Below, piece by piece: positions 1 to 10,522 of a stretch of 34,974 nucleotides of DNA (the first letter of the stretch is position 1; every line of letters begins with the position of its first letter). Both the position numbers and the translations under genes were made by a program. The stretch is from a virus. Taxonomy: Duplodnaviria; Heunggongvirae; Uroviricota; Caudoviricetes. The notes under the pieces were generated by a model, which saw only the letters and a program-made list of their open reading frames with translations, ran no database searches and was not told where the DNA came from. Location: the IMG/VR virus record IMGVR_UViG_2778261250_000007, one strand, 5' to 3'.

Positions 1-258
1 ATGCAAACCGTTATTTTTGGTCGTTCGGGTTGCCCTTACTGTGTGCGTGCAAAAGATCTGGCTGAGAAATTGAGCAATGAACGCGATGATTTTCAGTATC
101 AGTATGTAGATATTCGTGCGGAAGGGATCACTAAAGAAGATCTACAACAAAAGGCAGGTAAACCCGTAGAAACCGTGCCGCAGATTTTTGTCGATCAGCA
201 ACATATCGGCGGCTATACCGATTTTGCTGCATGGGTGAAAGAAAATCTGGACGCCTGA
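1..258 (+). CDS. grxA: Glutaredoxin 1
   Basis: 85-aa ORF starting MQTVIFGRSGCPYCVRAKDLAEKL with the CPYC active site; recognised from memory as E. coli GrxA. ATG at 1, TGA at 256-258. Confidence 0.9.
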   Translation: MQTVIFGRSGCPYCVRAKDLAEKLSNERDDFQYQYVDIRAEGITKEDLQQKAGKPVETVPQIFVDQQHIGGYTDFAAWVKENLDA

Positions 259-267
259 TCGTCTGAC

Positions 268-300
268 AAGCCCTCGCGTTGAGGGCTTTACTGATTTTTT
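268..300. terminator. Hairpin between convergent grxA and ybjM (aagccctc-gcgtt-gagggctt, then T-rich tract)
   Basis: 8-bp inverted repeat at 268-288 followed by ctgatttttt. It overlaps the ybjM stop, so its role as a terminator is inferred. Confidence 0.35.
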
Positions 301-665
301 CTGTGCTGTGGTTTAAACAAACTACTGATAAATAAGAAACACAGTGCCCCCAGCGCACACCAGAACACCGCGCTTAGTAACCATGCCAGCTCTTGCCAGA
401 ATGAGCGCGTCGGTGAAAAAAACAGCCGCATAATGAGCATCGAACAGGGTGCCGCCAGCATTGCGCCAAACAGAGGTTTCAGGACTTCTCTACGCTGTGA
501 AAAGAAGCTGGCGACTGCTCCAGGAAGAATGAAAAATAGCAAGCCGATTTCAGGATGCCCGGCAGCCCGAAAAGCGCCTTTCATGTGCGTCGCCAGAAAA
601 AGGCACACCACAATGAAGAGGACAAAACAGCAGATTGCCCCCGCCCAACGTTGTTTATGTTTCAC
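288..665 (-). CDS. ybjM: Inner-membrane protein YbjM
   Basis: 125-aa hydrophobic ORF with GTG start at 665 preceded by GGAGGAACGA. Length and position between grxA and ybjL match the K-12 neighbourhood as I recall it. Confidence 0.75.
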   Translation of the reverse strand: MKHKQRWAGAICCFVLFIVVCLFLATHMKGAFRAAGHPEIGLLFFILPGAVASFFSQRREVLKPLFGAMLAAPCSMLIMRLFFSPTRSFWQELAWLLSAVFWCALGALCFLFISSLFKPQHRKNQ

Positions 666-934
666 TCGTTCCTCCTGACACTGCGTCTATCGAACACATT
701 TTTCGCCAGTGTGGCGTTCAGTAAGATAAAGCCGCTTCGCATTCCATGCTAATATAGGCCAACGCAATTCATATAGCCGTTGATACCTAATGTGATTACA
801 CTAGTAAAATATATTGTTACTTTACTATCGTTTAGGTGCGCTGAATGAATCTGCGCCCTGAATTCTGGTAAAAAACATTATCGTAAATTACCATTTCTTT
901 CAACAGCTTACTAGTAAACAAGAAGTTAGCCTCC

Positions 935-2620
935 GTGAATATAAACGTCGCCGAATTGTTAAATGGGAATTACATTCTGTTATTATTTGTGGTCCTCGCG
1001 CTTGGGCTATGTCTCGGAAAGTTACGACTTGGTTCGATCCAACTGGGTAATTCCATTGGCGTTTTAGTCGTATCGCTGTTATTAGGCCAACAACATTTCA
1101 GCATTAACACCGATGCGCTTAATCTTGGCTTTATGCTGTTTATTTTCTGCGTCGGGGTCGAAGCCGGACCGAACTTTTTTTCCATTTTTTTTCGCGATGG
1201 GAAAAATTACCTAATGTTAGCACTGGTGATGGTTGGCAGTGCGCTGGTGATCGCCTTAGGGTTAGGTAAGCTGTTTGGCTGGGATATTGGCCTGACGGCC
1301 GGTATGTTAGCAGGCTCTATGACGTCGACACCGGTTCTGGTCGGTGCTGGCGATACACTGCGTCATTCCGGCATGGAAAGCAGGCAGCTCTCACTGGCAC
1401 TGGATAATCTGAGCCTCGGGTATGCCTTAACCTATTTAATCGGTCTGGTGAGTTTGATTGTTGGTGCGCGTTACTTGCCGAAATTGCAGCATCAGGACTT
1501 ACAGACCAGCGCCCAGCAAATCGCCCGCGAACGTGGCCTGGACACTGATGCCAACCGTAAGGTTTATTTACCGGTGATCCGCGCCTATCGCGTCGGCCCG
1601 GAACTGGTGGCCTGGACCGACGGCAAAAATCTGCGTGAACTGGGTATTTATCGACAAACCGGCTGCTACATTGAACGTATTCGACGTAACGGGATTCTGG
1701 CAAATCCAGACGGTGATGCCGTGCTACAAATGGGCGATGAAATAGCGTTGGTAGGCTATCCCGACGCCCATGCCCGACTCGATCCCAGCTTCCGTAACGG
1801 TAAAGAAGTTTTCGATCGTGACCTTCTCGACATGCGTATCGTCACTGAAGAAGTGGTCGTTAAAAACCATAACGCTGTAGGTAAACGTCTCGCACAACTG
1901 AAGTTGACCGATCACGGTTGCTTCCTTAACCGCGTCATTCGTAGCCAGATTGAGATGCCGATAGATGACAACGTCGTGCTTAACAAAGGTGACGTTTTAC
2001 AAGTCAGCGGCGATGCCCGCCGCGTAAAAACCATCGCCGATCGCATCGGCTTTATCTCGATTCACAGCCAGGTCACTGACCTGCTGGCATTCTGCGCCTT
2101 CTTTGTTATTGGGCTGATGATCGGGATGATCACCTTCCAGTTCAGCACATTCAGTTTCGGCATGGGGAACGCTGCCGGGTTGTTATTCGCCGGAATTATG
2201 CTGGGCTTTATGCGTGCTAACCACCCGACCTTCGGTTACATTCCGCAAGGTGCATTAAGCATGGTGAAAGAGTTCGGCTTGATGGTGTTTATGGCAGGCG
2301 TTGGTCTGAGCGCCGGTAGCGGTATTAATAACGGCCTGGGCGCGATTGGCGGTCAGATGTTGATTGCCGGATTAATTGTCAGTCTTGTGCCCGTGGTTAT
2401 CTGTTTCTTGTTCGGTGCTTATGTATTGCGAATGAACCGCGCACTGTTGTTCGGCGCAATGATGGGCGCACGCACCTGCGCGCCGGCAATGGAGATCATC
2501 AGTGATACAGCTCGCAGTAACATCCCTGCGCTGGGCTATGCGGGCACCTACGCAATCGCCAACGTCCTGCTGACGCTGGCAGGGACAATCATCGTCATGG
2601 TATGGCCAGGATTAGGATAA
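935..2620 (+). CDS. ybjL: Putative AAE-family transporter YbjL
   Basis: 561-aa ORF with GTG start ([11 protein letters not shown]...), membrane domains flanking a soluble central region. Matches my recollection of E. coli YbjL. Confidence 0.85.
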
Positions 2621-2732
2621 AACTGAAGTTGCCCTGAAAATGAAATTTTTTTGCACAACCGCAGAACTTTTCCGCAGGGCATCAGTCTTAATTAGTGCCA
2701 CTGCTTTTCTTTGATGTCCCCATTTTGTGGAG

Positions 2733-2776
2733 CCCATCAACCCCGCCATTTCGGTTCAAGGTTGATGGGTTTTTTG
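2733..2776 (+). terminator. Terminator-like hairpin downstream of ybjL (cccatcaacc / ggttgatggg, 17-nt loop, then TTTTTTG)
   Basis: 10-bp perfect inverted repeat at 2733-2742 and 2760-2769 followed by a T-run. It lies in the host-prophage junction, so it may also be part of the attachment region. Confidence 0.35.
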
Positions 2777-2855
2777 TTGCCTGAAATTTATGCCGTTTAA
2801 AATCATGACGTTAGAAGCACTGTTTTTTAACGATGGCGACAAAATGGCGGCAGCG

Positions 2856-3074
2856 TCAAAGAGAGAGCGCCACCTGTCCTGATTTCATTGGATGCGGCTG
2901 AACCGGATTTGACTCTTTTGGCGTTGCAATCGAACGAACAAAAGTTTCATGGGTAACAAAAGTATGGCTGCAGTTAATGTTCTGGCACTGGTTGTAACGC
3001 TCTTTGGTCAATGAAGATACCTGAAAACTGCTGCGAGTATGGGCGGCACTTCCACACAGTGGGCAAATCATCAT
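2856..3074 (-). CDS. ogr: Late-gene transcriptional activator Ogr (zinc finger)
   Basis: 72-aa product MMICPLCGSAAHTRSS...QCQNINCSHTF with the C-x2-C...C-x4-C pattern typical of P2 Ogr. ATG at 3074 preceded by GGGGAGA; the track ORF is longer, and I chose the RBS-supported start. Confidence 0.8.
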   Translation of the reverse strand: MMICPLCGSAAHTRSSFQVSSLTKERYNQCQNINCSHTFVTHETFVRSIATPKESNPVQPHPMKSGQVALSL

Positions 3075-3164
3075 TTTTCGAGTTCTCCCCATTTTTGCTA
3101 AATTCACAATAATGATACCGCATTATTCCATTTTGCAAACTTAAAAGTTCTCCATTGCGAAGAA

Positions 3165-4265
3165 TCATTCCATTTCGAAATCATCAATCCTCACTTCAAG
3201 CTCCAGACTGGTCGTAAAACCGTTATCCGGGCTGACGGTATGTGTCAGAGTCGTAATGGTCCATTCCGCATCATCTATCGGCTGTTTAAAGCCACTGACT
3301 TTCACTGGCATTTCCGTGTAGAGATCTGCCCGCCCTTCTGCCAGTTGTAGCGAGAATGACGCAACGCCGCGTTGCAGGCGTTCCCACTGCATTTTCGCTG
3401 CCCGTTCAGCGTTGCTCCGGTTGGCATAAGTGCGATTAAGTACCAGCACATTTTCATCCGTACCCACCAGGTAATCGCCCTGCTTCGCTTCCGGCTCTTT
3501 CTTCTGCTTCTTAGTTCTGCGCTTACGCTTCACCGTGGTGCTTTCTTTCTTCGCAGGTTCGCGGGTATGCAACCAGCTGGCAATTACGCCCGTGTAGGCT
3601 CCGCGATCTGCCAGGGTAAAGCGGTGACTGTCGCCGTCCTTGCGTGTGATAGTGATCACTGGCAGTGGTTTACCAGTGGCGTTTTTGCCCTGTCCCTGCC
3701 GGATGAATAACAGATTGCCATTTTTCACCGACGCGATGGCACCGTACTGTCGCGCCAGCCGCATCAGAAAACTGCCGTCACTCTCATTAGTCTGGTCTAT
3801 ATGCTCCACGGGCTTATCCGACAGATCTTTACCCAGTGCCATCTTCAGCTTGTGCCGCGCGGCTATTTCCTTCACCACTTCCCCGACGGTGGTCTTGTGC
3901 CACGACTTTTCACGACGGGTATTCAGCGTTTCCCGAAAATCAGCACTTCGCGCCCGGATAGTCAGGCGGTCCGGTGCGCCAGTGTGTTCAATCTCGTCCA
4001 CCGTGAATGCCCCTTTCGGGAAAAGCGGCTGCCCCTTCCAGCCCAGCGCCAGCGTAATGACCGCACCACGGCGCGGCAGCACGATTTTTCCGTCGGCGTC
4101 GTCCAGCTCCAGATCAAGCTGGTCTGCGTCAAAGCCCCGGTTATCCGTCAGCGTCAGCCCCATCAGGCGGTTGTCCAGCACAGTGGTGATATCCCTGCCT
4201 TCAATACTGATGCTGAATGCCGGAGTTTTGTTGCCTTTGTTAAGCAGTTCAGAGCTGAAATTCAC
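3165..4265 (-). CDS. D: Tail protein D (late control D)
   Basis: 366 aa; position after U and before ogr. GTG start at 4265 with GGGAGGG upstream, overlapping the U stop (GTGA). Confidence 0.85.
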   Translation of the reverse strand: MNFSSELLNKGNKTPAFSISIEGRDITTVLDNRLMGLTLTDNRGFDADQLDLELDDADGKIVLPRRGAVITLALGWKGQPLFPKGAFTVDEIEHTGAPDRLTIRARSADFRETLNTRREKSWHKTTVGEVVKEIAARHKLKMALGKDLSDKPVEHIDQTNESDGSFLMRLARQYGAIASVKNGNLLFIRQGQGKNATGKPLPVITITRKDGDSHRFTLADRGAYTGVIASWLHTREPAKKESTTVKRKRRTKKQKKEPEAKQGDYLVGTDENVLVLNRTYANRSNAERAAKMQWERLQRGVASFSLQLAEGRADLYTEMPVKVSGFKQPIDDAEWTITTLTHTVSPDNGFTTSLELEVRIDDFEME

Positions 4266-4747
4266 GACAGCAGCCCTCCCACCGTTTTACTGATATCGCT
4301 TAATGCAGACGTTGCCGTATCCTGCAGATTATTCAGTTGAGTACTGAGATCCCCGAACATATCGGACAGGGATTCATCCACCCGTTTTAGCGAAAGGGTG
4401 AACTCAATCCTGCGCGGCATACCGTCGCGGAAAAACTCCGTTTTAGTCTGATTCAGTCCCTCAATCACATACATGCCGTAAATCGTGCCGCTGCCTTCAA
4501 TCAGGGGCCATGCTTTCCCCTGTTCTGCCATCTGCTCCAGTGCCAGCAACGACAGCCTGCCGCCTGTTATCTCCGGCATAAGAACACCGGAAAGCGTCAG
4601 CATGTCGTTTTCCGGTCCCAGAAACTGCGTGGACGGACGACGGTTTACCCGGCTGTTTGCCGCATGTCGCCAACTGCGTTGATACTGCAGTTCCTGATAC
4701 GGCACAGTGCGCAGCATAAACACGTACAATCCCAGCACCATCATCAT
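4262..4747 (-). CDS. U: Tail protein U
   Basis: 161 aa; ATG at 4747 overlapping the T stop; synteny T-U-D. Confidence 0.8.
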   Translation of the reverse strand: MMMVLGLYVFMLRTVPYQELQYQRSWRHAANSRVNRRPSTQFLGPENDMLTLSGVLMPEITGGRLSLLALEQMAEQGKAWPLIEGSGTIYGMYVIEGLNQTKTEFFRDGMPRRIEFTLSLKRVDESLSDMFGDLSTQLNNLQDTATSALSDISKTVGGLLS

Positions 4748-7700
4748 GCGTCGTATCCCCCCTGATCGCTGTAGTTACTCCTGGCTTTTGCCTTCAGCCT
4801 GCGTTCACGTTCATCAAGCTGGCGGGCCACCTCCCGCGCAATATCCTGCGCACTTTGTCCTGGCTGCGTCTGAATGATGATCTGCGTCGGTGCCTCAATC
4901 CGTTGAACGGGCGGCACAGTGGCTGCACGACTCACCATCGCTTCGCCGCCTTTCGCGGGAAGTGCCAAAGGATGCAACGGTGGAAGCTCTGCAGGCGCGG
5001 CAGCAACGCCCATCATTCCGGCAACAACGGCAGCCAGTGCAGCTGTATTTCTCCGGCTGGTCACATTTGCCGGGCCGTTAACAATTTCCGGCCCGTTTTC
5101 ACCGACGATGCCAAACTGCCCGCGCGGGATATACCCGCCGCTGTCATACATCCCCGCAAAGCCATATCCCCATGACGGAAAACCACCCGATGGCATCATC
5201 ACTTTACCGTCTGCATTCACCGTCGCAGGTTGCTGACGCGTCACGCTTTCCGGCAGTTTTGCCTTTGCAGCCTCTTTACTGACAATGCCGAGTTTCTCCA
5301 GCAACCAGGAAACGCCGGATTTCAGGGAGTCCAGCGGATGCATGACCATATTCAGCCCTTCCGCCAGTGCCTCCCCGAATCGTAGCCCCATTGCCGCTGC
5401 GCTCTGCAGTTCGGCAGAGGTCGACTTAACGGGCGTCAGCAGATCAGTAAACCAGCCCCACAACGCCTGCACTTTGTCGCAAATCCACTGAAACACAGGC
5501 TTAAGTGGTTCGAATGCTGCACTGATGGGACCTGCCGCCGCTTTGAATCCTTCCACCACACCAGCGAGAAATGCGGTGATGGGTTGCCAGTATTTCCAGA
5601 CAACCAGCGCCACGCCCGCCAGTGCAGTAACCACAAGACCTATCGGACTGAGCAGAGCACCTAACAGACCAGATATGGCATACAGAGCAACGCGCAGCAT
5701 CGCCAGCGGACCGGATGCCAGTACTCGCAGCACCGCGCCTGCGGCAGCCAGTCCACCGCGTAGTGCTGCCAGTGGATTCATAAACATCACAGCAACAGCA
5801 CGTAAACCGGATAATCCAGACCGCAACAGTGCAACCGGCACACCTGCAACAGTTTTCAGGACATTCCCCGTCAGTGATGCCGTGCGGCGCAAAGACGACA
5901 ACGGCGCAGTAAGTAAACCCGCTGCGTTGCCCGATGAAGCAAGCCCGCGTCGCAGCAGTGCCAGTGGAGCGCCAGCTAACCAGGACAACGCGCTGCTGGT
6001 TCGTGTTACTGCTACCGTAACGGAAGGTAACGTTTTGATACCCAGCACAGAGAATCCCAGACGGATGACTGCCAGCGGCCCCAGCACTGCAGCCAGCGCC
6101 ACCGCTAAGGTGCCGAGGCCTACGGTAACCGCAGCCACAACAGCCGCTACTTTCATCAGTGTGCCTGTCAGTTCCGGGTTAGCTTCCACCCAGCGGCGCA
6201 ACGCCCCCGTGATGCTTTTCACCGTGTACAGAATATCCATCAGCGGCTGGCGCAGCGTTTCGCCCAGGCTGCTGAAGGTGTTCTGCGCTCCGGTTTTGAC
6301 CAGCAACCACTGAGCAGAAAGTGAGTCTTTGTTGATGTCGGATTCTTTCTGCATGGAGCCGAGCGCATCATTGCCCGCTGTCAGTTTTAACTGACGCTGC
6401 AGTTCCGGCAGGTTGTTTGCCAGTTTCGCCGCGTCATCGCCAAACTCTTTACCAAACAACATGGTCATGGCAGACAGACGCTTATCCTGCGGCAGTGCGT
6501 TCACCTTCTCCAGCACACGCTGGATGGTTCCCATCGCATCCTTCGTCATCTGCTTTTCAATCACTTCAGGATTGAGTTTCAGCAGATTCATTCCTTCAAA
6601 GAAACTCTTGCTCTGCATGGTGGCAATGGACAATTCACGCACCATCGCGTTTGCTGCACTGGCTGCAACCTCCGGCGCAGCGCCCAGTGTCAGGAAGGTG
6701 GAACCCAGCGCCGCCGCTTTACGATAATCCAGACGGTCAGCCACACCGCCCAGACGTTGCATCACATCAATGATGTCTGCCCCTTTCGACATGGCGTTAT
6801 CATCCAGATAGTTCAGCGCATCACCGAGCTGTTCAATATTGCGGGTGGGAATTTTGTAGAGCTGGGCGATTTTCCCCAGACTTTCTGACAGTTCATCCGC
6901 TGGCAGCTCAAAGGCTGTTGCCGCCTTTGCTGCCGTACTGGCGAAGGCCAGCAGGTCACGTTTCTGGTCTTCCCAGCTGTCGTCAGGGTTTGCGACGTTC
7001 ATGCGCGCACCACCTTCAACCAGTGCAGCGAAGTCCACCGCACCGTTTTCCATCGGCAACTGTTCGCTGGCAGCTTTGATGGCATCCTGCATTTCGTAAA
7101 AACGCGCAGTGCGGTTGCCATTATCGTCACGCAGACCATTGACCTGCTTTGCCACACCTTTCATGGCATCTTCCATGCTGGTATAGCTTTTTACTGCCGC
7201 CATCACTGGCGCACCCATTGCCAGCCCTGCAGCCGTGGTAGTGGCTCCGGCTCCTGCGATGCGATCGCGCACTTCAAGCCGTCTTGAGTATTGTTCTCTG
7301 GCAGCGTTCATCCGTGCCTGTTGTTCACCCAGACGTTTAAGTGCTTTTTGCTGGCCCTCCAGTGCCTGCCTTGTTTCTTCAGCATTTTTCTTAAGTTCTC
7401 GCTGGGCACTACTGAGTTGTCTGGTATCAATCCCTGATTCTTTAAGTGCCTGACGTTGTCTCTGGACCGCCCCCAACAAGCCGTTATAGGTCTGCTGAAG
7501 TTCCTGTACTCGTGTTTTGGCCTGACTGAATAACTTTGCCTGCGCGGCGGTTGGCCTGTTAGTGGCAGCAAATTGTGTGGCGAGTTTTGCCGCCTCTTCG
7601 CGGGCTGCGTTCAGGTTGTTGGCTGTTATGGCTAGTTGCGAGCGCGTCTTGCGAAATTCATCAATTCTGCCAGACTGCTTATTCAGTTCTTTGAGGCTGT

Positions 7701-7821
7701 TTCGGGTATTCTGAATTGCGCCAGCCAGCTCTTTCGAACTGGCCTGTGCAGCACGGAATGGGCGGGTGAGTTTGTCAACCGCATTAAGAATGACCTGCAG
7801 GCGCAGGTTATTATCACTCAT
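4744..7821 (-). CDS. T: Tail tape-measure protein T
   Basis: 1025 aa with an N-terminal coiled-coil region and a long Ala/Gly/Leu-rich membrane-like segment, as in P2 gpT. ATG at 7821. Confidence 0.85.
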   Translation of the reverse strand: MSDNNLRLQVILNAVDKLTRPFRAAQASSKELAGAIQNTRNSLKELNKQSGRIDEFRKTRSQLAITANNLNAAREEAAKLATQFAATNRPTAAQAKLFSQAKTRVQELQQTYNGLLGAVQRQRQALKESGIDTRQLSSAQRELKKNAEETRQALEGQQKALKRLGEQQARMNAAREQYSRRLEVRDRIAGAGATTTAAGLAMGAPVMAAVKSYTSMEDAMKGVAKQVNGLRDDNGNRTARFYEMQDAIKAASEQLPMENGAVDFAALVEGGARMNVANPDDSWEDQKRDLLAFASTAAKAATAFELPADELSESLGKIAQLYKIPTRNIEQLGDALNYLDDNAMSKGADIIDVMQRLGGVADRLDYRKAAALGSTFLTLGAAPEVAASAANAMVRELSIATMQSKSFFEGMNLLKLNPEVIEKQMTKDAMGTIQRVLEKVNALPQDKRLSAMTMLFGKEFGDDAAKLANNLPELQRQLKLTAGNDALGSMQKESDINKDSLSAQWLLVKTGAQNTFSSLGETLRQPLMDILYTVKSITGALRRWVEANPELTGTLMKVAAVVAAVTVGLGTLAVALAAVLGPLAVIRLGFSVLGIKTLPSVTVAVTRTSSALSWLAGAPLALLRRGLASSGNAAGLLTAPLSSLRRTASLTGNVLKTVAGVPVALLRSGLSGLRAVAVMFMNPLAALRGGLAAAGAVLRVLASGPLAMLRVALYAISGLLGALLSPIGLVVTALAGVALVVWKYWQPITAFLAGVVEGFKAAAGPISAAFEPLKPVFQWICDKVQALWGWFTDLLTPVKSTSAELQSAAAMGLRFGEALAEGLNMVMHPLDSLKSGVSWLLEKLGIVSKEAAKAKLPESVTRQQPATVNADGKVMMPSGGFPSWGYGFAGMYDSGGYIPRGQFGIVGENGPEIVNGPANVTSRRNTAALAAVVAGMMGVAAAPAELPPLHPLALPAKGGEAMVSRAATVPPVQRIEAPTQIIIQTQPGQSAQDIAREVARQLDERERRLKAKARSNYSDQGGYDA

Positions 7822-8250
7822 CGTTGGCCCCGCTTCTCTGAATCGCTTTATACCGCCATTCCAGCACTTCGGTCAGCGGCATAACGTCAGTAACGGATGG
7901 CGGCCAGTGAAAGATGGTGGCGATATCAGCCACCAGATCGTCAACCGTCAGGCTGTCGGTAAACCGGCAAGCACCGACTTCTTCAACAAAAAAGTGACAA
8001 CCTCAACCGACATGGCAGTGAGATCTGCCGGGTCCATCTCTGCAATTTCCTGTGCAGTCAGTGCCGGACTGGAAATGCGGGGGATCACGGTCATCATCGC
8101 GTTCACATCCATATCCATAATGGCCTGCAGGCGTGTACCGCGCAGCGCACCGGACTGCGGTTTACGCAGCACAATTTCGGTAATTTCTGTTTTACCGCGC
8201 TTGATAGGGGTATCCAGTTGAATGGTCTTTTCAGTCTGCTTATCGCTCAT
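7814..8250 (-). CDS. E': Tail assembly chaperone E+E' (predicted -1 programmed frameshift product)
   Basis: Slippery heptamer T-TTT-TTG on the minus strand (plus coordinates 7987-7993) inside E. The -1 frame, translated by hand, continues about 57 codons (VEEVGACRFTDSLTVDDLVADIATIFHWPPSVTDVMPLTEVLEWRYKAIQRSGANDE) to a TGA at 7814-7816, just overlapping the T start. Total is about 144 aa, close to my recollection of P2 E+E'. Confidence 0.6.
7948..8250 (-). CDS. E: Tail assembly chaperone E
   Basis: 100 aa ending ...EVVTFLLKKSVLAGLPTA; lies between FII and T. Confidence 0.8.
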   Translation of the reverse strand: MSDKQTEKTIQLDTPIKRGKTEITEIVLRKPQSGALRGTRLQAIMDMDVNAMMTVIPRISSPALTAQEIAEMDPADLTAMSVEVVTFLLKKSVLAGLPTA

Positions 8251-8304
8251 TTTGTTGTCCTGTAAATTGGGTTCTGGCGCGGAATCCCGCGCCGTTCAGA
8301 TACA

Positions 8305-8820
8305 TCAGAGGCCGAGGGCGTTGCGGTGCGCTTCCATCAGGTCCACACCGTCCACAATTTCCACCATGTTGATAAGGTCCACTTCATAGAGCACCTCACC
8401 ATTGATGGTCAGCTTCGCGTAACTGTTGGTACTGGTCACTTTGGTGGTGTTGCTTTCGCCCGTCTTCCACTCACCGGAATCCACTTCTTTGTGACGTCCA
8501 CGCACCACAAGCTCCACGGCCTGCACTTCCCCGGTATCGTCACGCTGGATAGAGCCGGTAAAGCGCAACTGGATGCCATCCACCGTGGCTTTGCCCATCT
8601 GCTTAAACAGCAGCAGTTCAGTACCACCAATGGAAAATTCTGTGTCCAGCGCACTGTCATCAAGCCCCAGATCCACATCCACTGCCCCCGGCATTCCGCC
8701 GCCGCGATACTTCTCATATTTGCGGGTGAATTTCGGCAGCGTCAGCGACTCAACGATCCCCTGCCAGTTGTTCCCGTCGTTAAACAGGTTCAGGTGTTTT
8801 AATTTGCGTGGTAAAGCCAT
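8305..8820 (-). CDS. FII: Tail tube protein FII
   Basis: 171 aa, ATG at 8820, immediately downstream of FI. Confidence 0.85.
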   Translation of the reverse strand: MALPRKLKHLNLFNDGNNWQGIVESLTLPKFTRKYEKYRGGGMPGAVDVDLGLDDSALDTEFSIGGTELLLFKQMGKATVDGIQLRFTGSIQRDDTGEVQAVELVVRGRHKEVDSGEWKTGESNTTKVTSTNSYAKLTINGEVLYEVDLINMVEIVDGVDLMEAHRNALGL

Positions 8821-8829
8821 GTTGTCCCC

Positions 8830-10002
8830 TTACGCGCTGACCTGGCTGGCGAAATTCACCAGGTACTGATCGGTGATGCGCTGACGCAACATCAGGTTTT
8901 CAAGTGGCGGCACTGGCGTGTAGTCGTAGTCGATGGTGAGTTTTCCGGCTTTCAGAGTGTCTTTGTCGTTCACCGACTCGTCCAGCCAGCAATCACCACC
9001 AATGAGATACCCCTGACTGACCAGGCTGCGCATTTTGGCGCGGATGCCCTCGATAATGTCGCGCGCCAGCGACGGGTTCAGCGGTTTGTCCACTGCCCAC
9101 ATGTGCGCTTCTGCCATTGTGTCCGTCAGCACCTGCGCCGTGCGGGTGTAGTTTTCGAAGGCAAAGAGCGGGTCATCACTCAGGCAGCGGGAACCCCAGA
9201 AGCGGAAACCGTCTTTACGCACAAGCGTGGTGACGTCGTTCTGGTTCAGCAGACCTGCATCGGTTGCCGGGTCCTGCAGATCCCAGAACACATCTGCAGA
9301 AATTCCGGTGACACCGTTCACGCCCACGTTGGACAGGCTTTTGTGCCACCCAGTCTGCTCATCAATTTTGGCACGCAGACCAAGCGCACGGGCGGTGGCA
9401 TATGCCGTTGCTTCGGCATTCAGCACCGTATCCCAGCCAGTAAAGTCGGGCCAGATCAGCATTCCTTCGCGCTGGCTGAAGTTTTCACGGTAAGTGATCG
9501 CCTCCTGCACCGTCTTGCAGCCATACGCTGACAGGTAAGCAAACCCACGCAGGCTTTGCGCCACACTCAGCAACTCAGTAGCAACGGCTTTGTTATCGTG
9601 ACCTGGCACGCCGAGAATGCGCGGTTTAACGCCGAGCTGTGTCTGGGCAGATAACAGGGCTTTCATGCCTGTTTTTTTACCTTCAGCAGTCACTGCGCCG
9701 ATGATATTGGTCGTGGTTTCTTCTTCCGTTTCACCCTGCGGCACACGCACAACAACGGTCACGGGTTTTGCCTGGTCAGCGATGGCATCCAGCGAACGGG
9801 CCAGCGTGCCGGACTCACCCGCTTTACCGCTGGCAGTCAGCACATCAGTGATCAGCACGGGTTTATTAAGAGGAAACATTTTTGCATCGGCATCATCGCC
9901 CGTGCAGACCATACCCACGATGGCGGTGCTCACCGTGGTAATGGATCGGGTGCCTTCGTTGATTTCAACAACGCGCACCCCGTGGTGGTAATCCTGAGCC
10001 AT
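8830..10002 (-). CDS. FI: Contractile tail sheath protein FI
   Basis: 390 aa; N-terminus [35 protein letters not shown] closely resembles P2 FI as I recall it. Confidence 0.9.
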   Translation of the reverse strand: MAQDYHHGVRVVEINEGTRSITTVSTAIVGMVCTGDDADAKMFPLNKPVLITDVLTASGKAGESGTLARSLDAIADQAKPVTVVVRVPQGETEEETTTNIIGAVTAEGKKTGMKALLSAQTQLGVKPRILGVPGHDNKAVATELLSVAQSLRGFAYLSAYGCKTVQEAITYRENFSQREGMLIWPDFTGWDTVLNAEATAYATARALGLRAKIDEQTGWHKSLSNVGVNGVTGISADVFWDLQDPATDAGLLNQNDVTTLVRKDGFRFWGSRCLSDDPLFAFENYTRTAQVLTDTMAEAHMWAVDKPLNPSLARDIIEGIRAKMRSLVSQGYLIGGDCWLDESVNDKDTLKAGKLTIDYDYTPVPPLENLMLRQRITDQYLVNFASQVSA

Positions 10003-10078
10003 AGCGGCGAACCTCCTGATTGGATTAGGCTTCGCCCTATGTTGAAGTGATTGTGTCTGACAAGCAGCTAAGCGCAGT

Positions 10079-10096
10079 TGTACCGTTATTCACACA
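10079..10096. promoter_or_regulatory. Ogr-type late-promoter element TGT-N12-ACA upstream of FI
   Basis: TGTACCGTTATTCACACA, centred about 85 bp upstream of the FI ATG in the G-FI intergenic region. Shares TGTACCG...CACACA with the element between O and P. Confidence 0.45.
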
Positions 10097-10108
10097 AAAT
10101 GACGGTAT

Positions 10109-10522
10109 TTATCTGCTTGCAGGGAAAACAGGCCAAATAATATCAGGTGCGGTGCTGGTATCTGTTGCCGTCACAGCCTCGATATAATCCAGCACAACGT
10201 TAAGTCGGGTAGTTTCTTCTTGCGTCAGTTTGCGCCCGGCCTGCAGTTTTAACTGAATCACGCTGATATTGGCCATTGCTGCGTCTATCAGCGACTGTTT
10301 TTTCTGTTCAGCGTCAGCTACCAGTTCATCATGAGAACGTTCCGGAGTGGGTGGTGCAGTAAATCCCCCGTCTGAATACACCCAGCCGATTCCGGGCTGC
10401 TCACTGATATCAGAAATATTAATGAGCTGCAGATTATCCGACACAGTGAATTCATCCTCGCCATCCCAGACAATGACATTCACAACCATCCCATTTTCAA
10501 TAACTGCATATGACGCATTCAT
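10109..10522 (-). CDS. G: Tail fibre assembly protein (Tfa, gene G position)
   Basis: 137 aa from ATG at 10522 (MNASYAVIENG...), with GAGGAG upstream and overlapping the H stop. The C-terminus ...TATDTSTAPDIIWPVFPASR resembles the conserved Tfa C-terminal motif. Confidence 0.8.
   Translation of the reverse strand: MNASYAVIENGMVVNVIVWDGEDEFTVSDNLQLINISDISEQPGIGWVYSDGGFTAPPTPERSHDELVADAEQKKQSLIDAAMANISVIQLKLQAGRKLTQEETTRLNVVLDYIEAVTATDTSTAPDIIWPVFPASR

Noticed and set aside
2974-3168. 64-aa minus-strand ORF between ogr and D
   Set aside because: Overlaps the ogr 5' end in another frame and lies in the ogr promoter region; no support.
5525-6313. 262-aa plus-strand ORF (also 3640-4293, 3801-4340, 4919-5236, 6413-6727) overlapping tail genes
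   Set aside because: Antisense to long, well-supported tail genes (T, D, U). Ala/Pro/Ser/Arg-rich translations are typical of GC-rich antisense frames, and none has an RBS or phage-like features.
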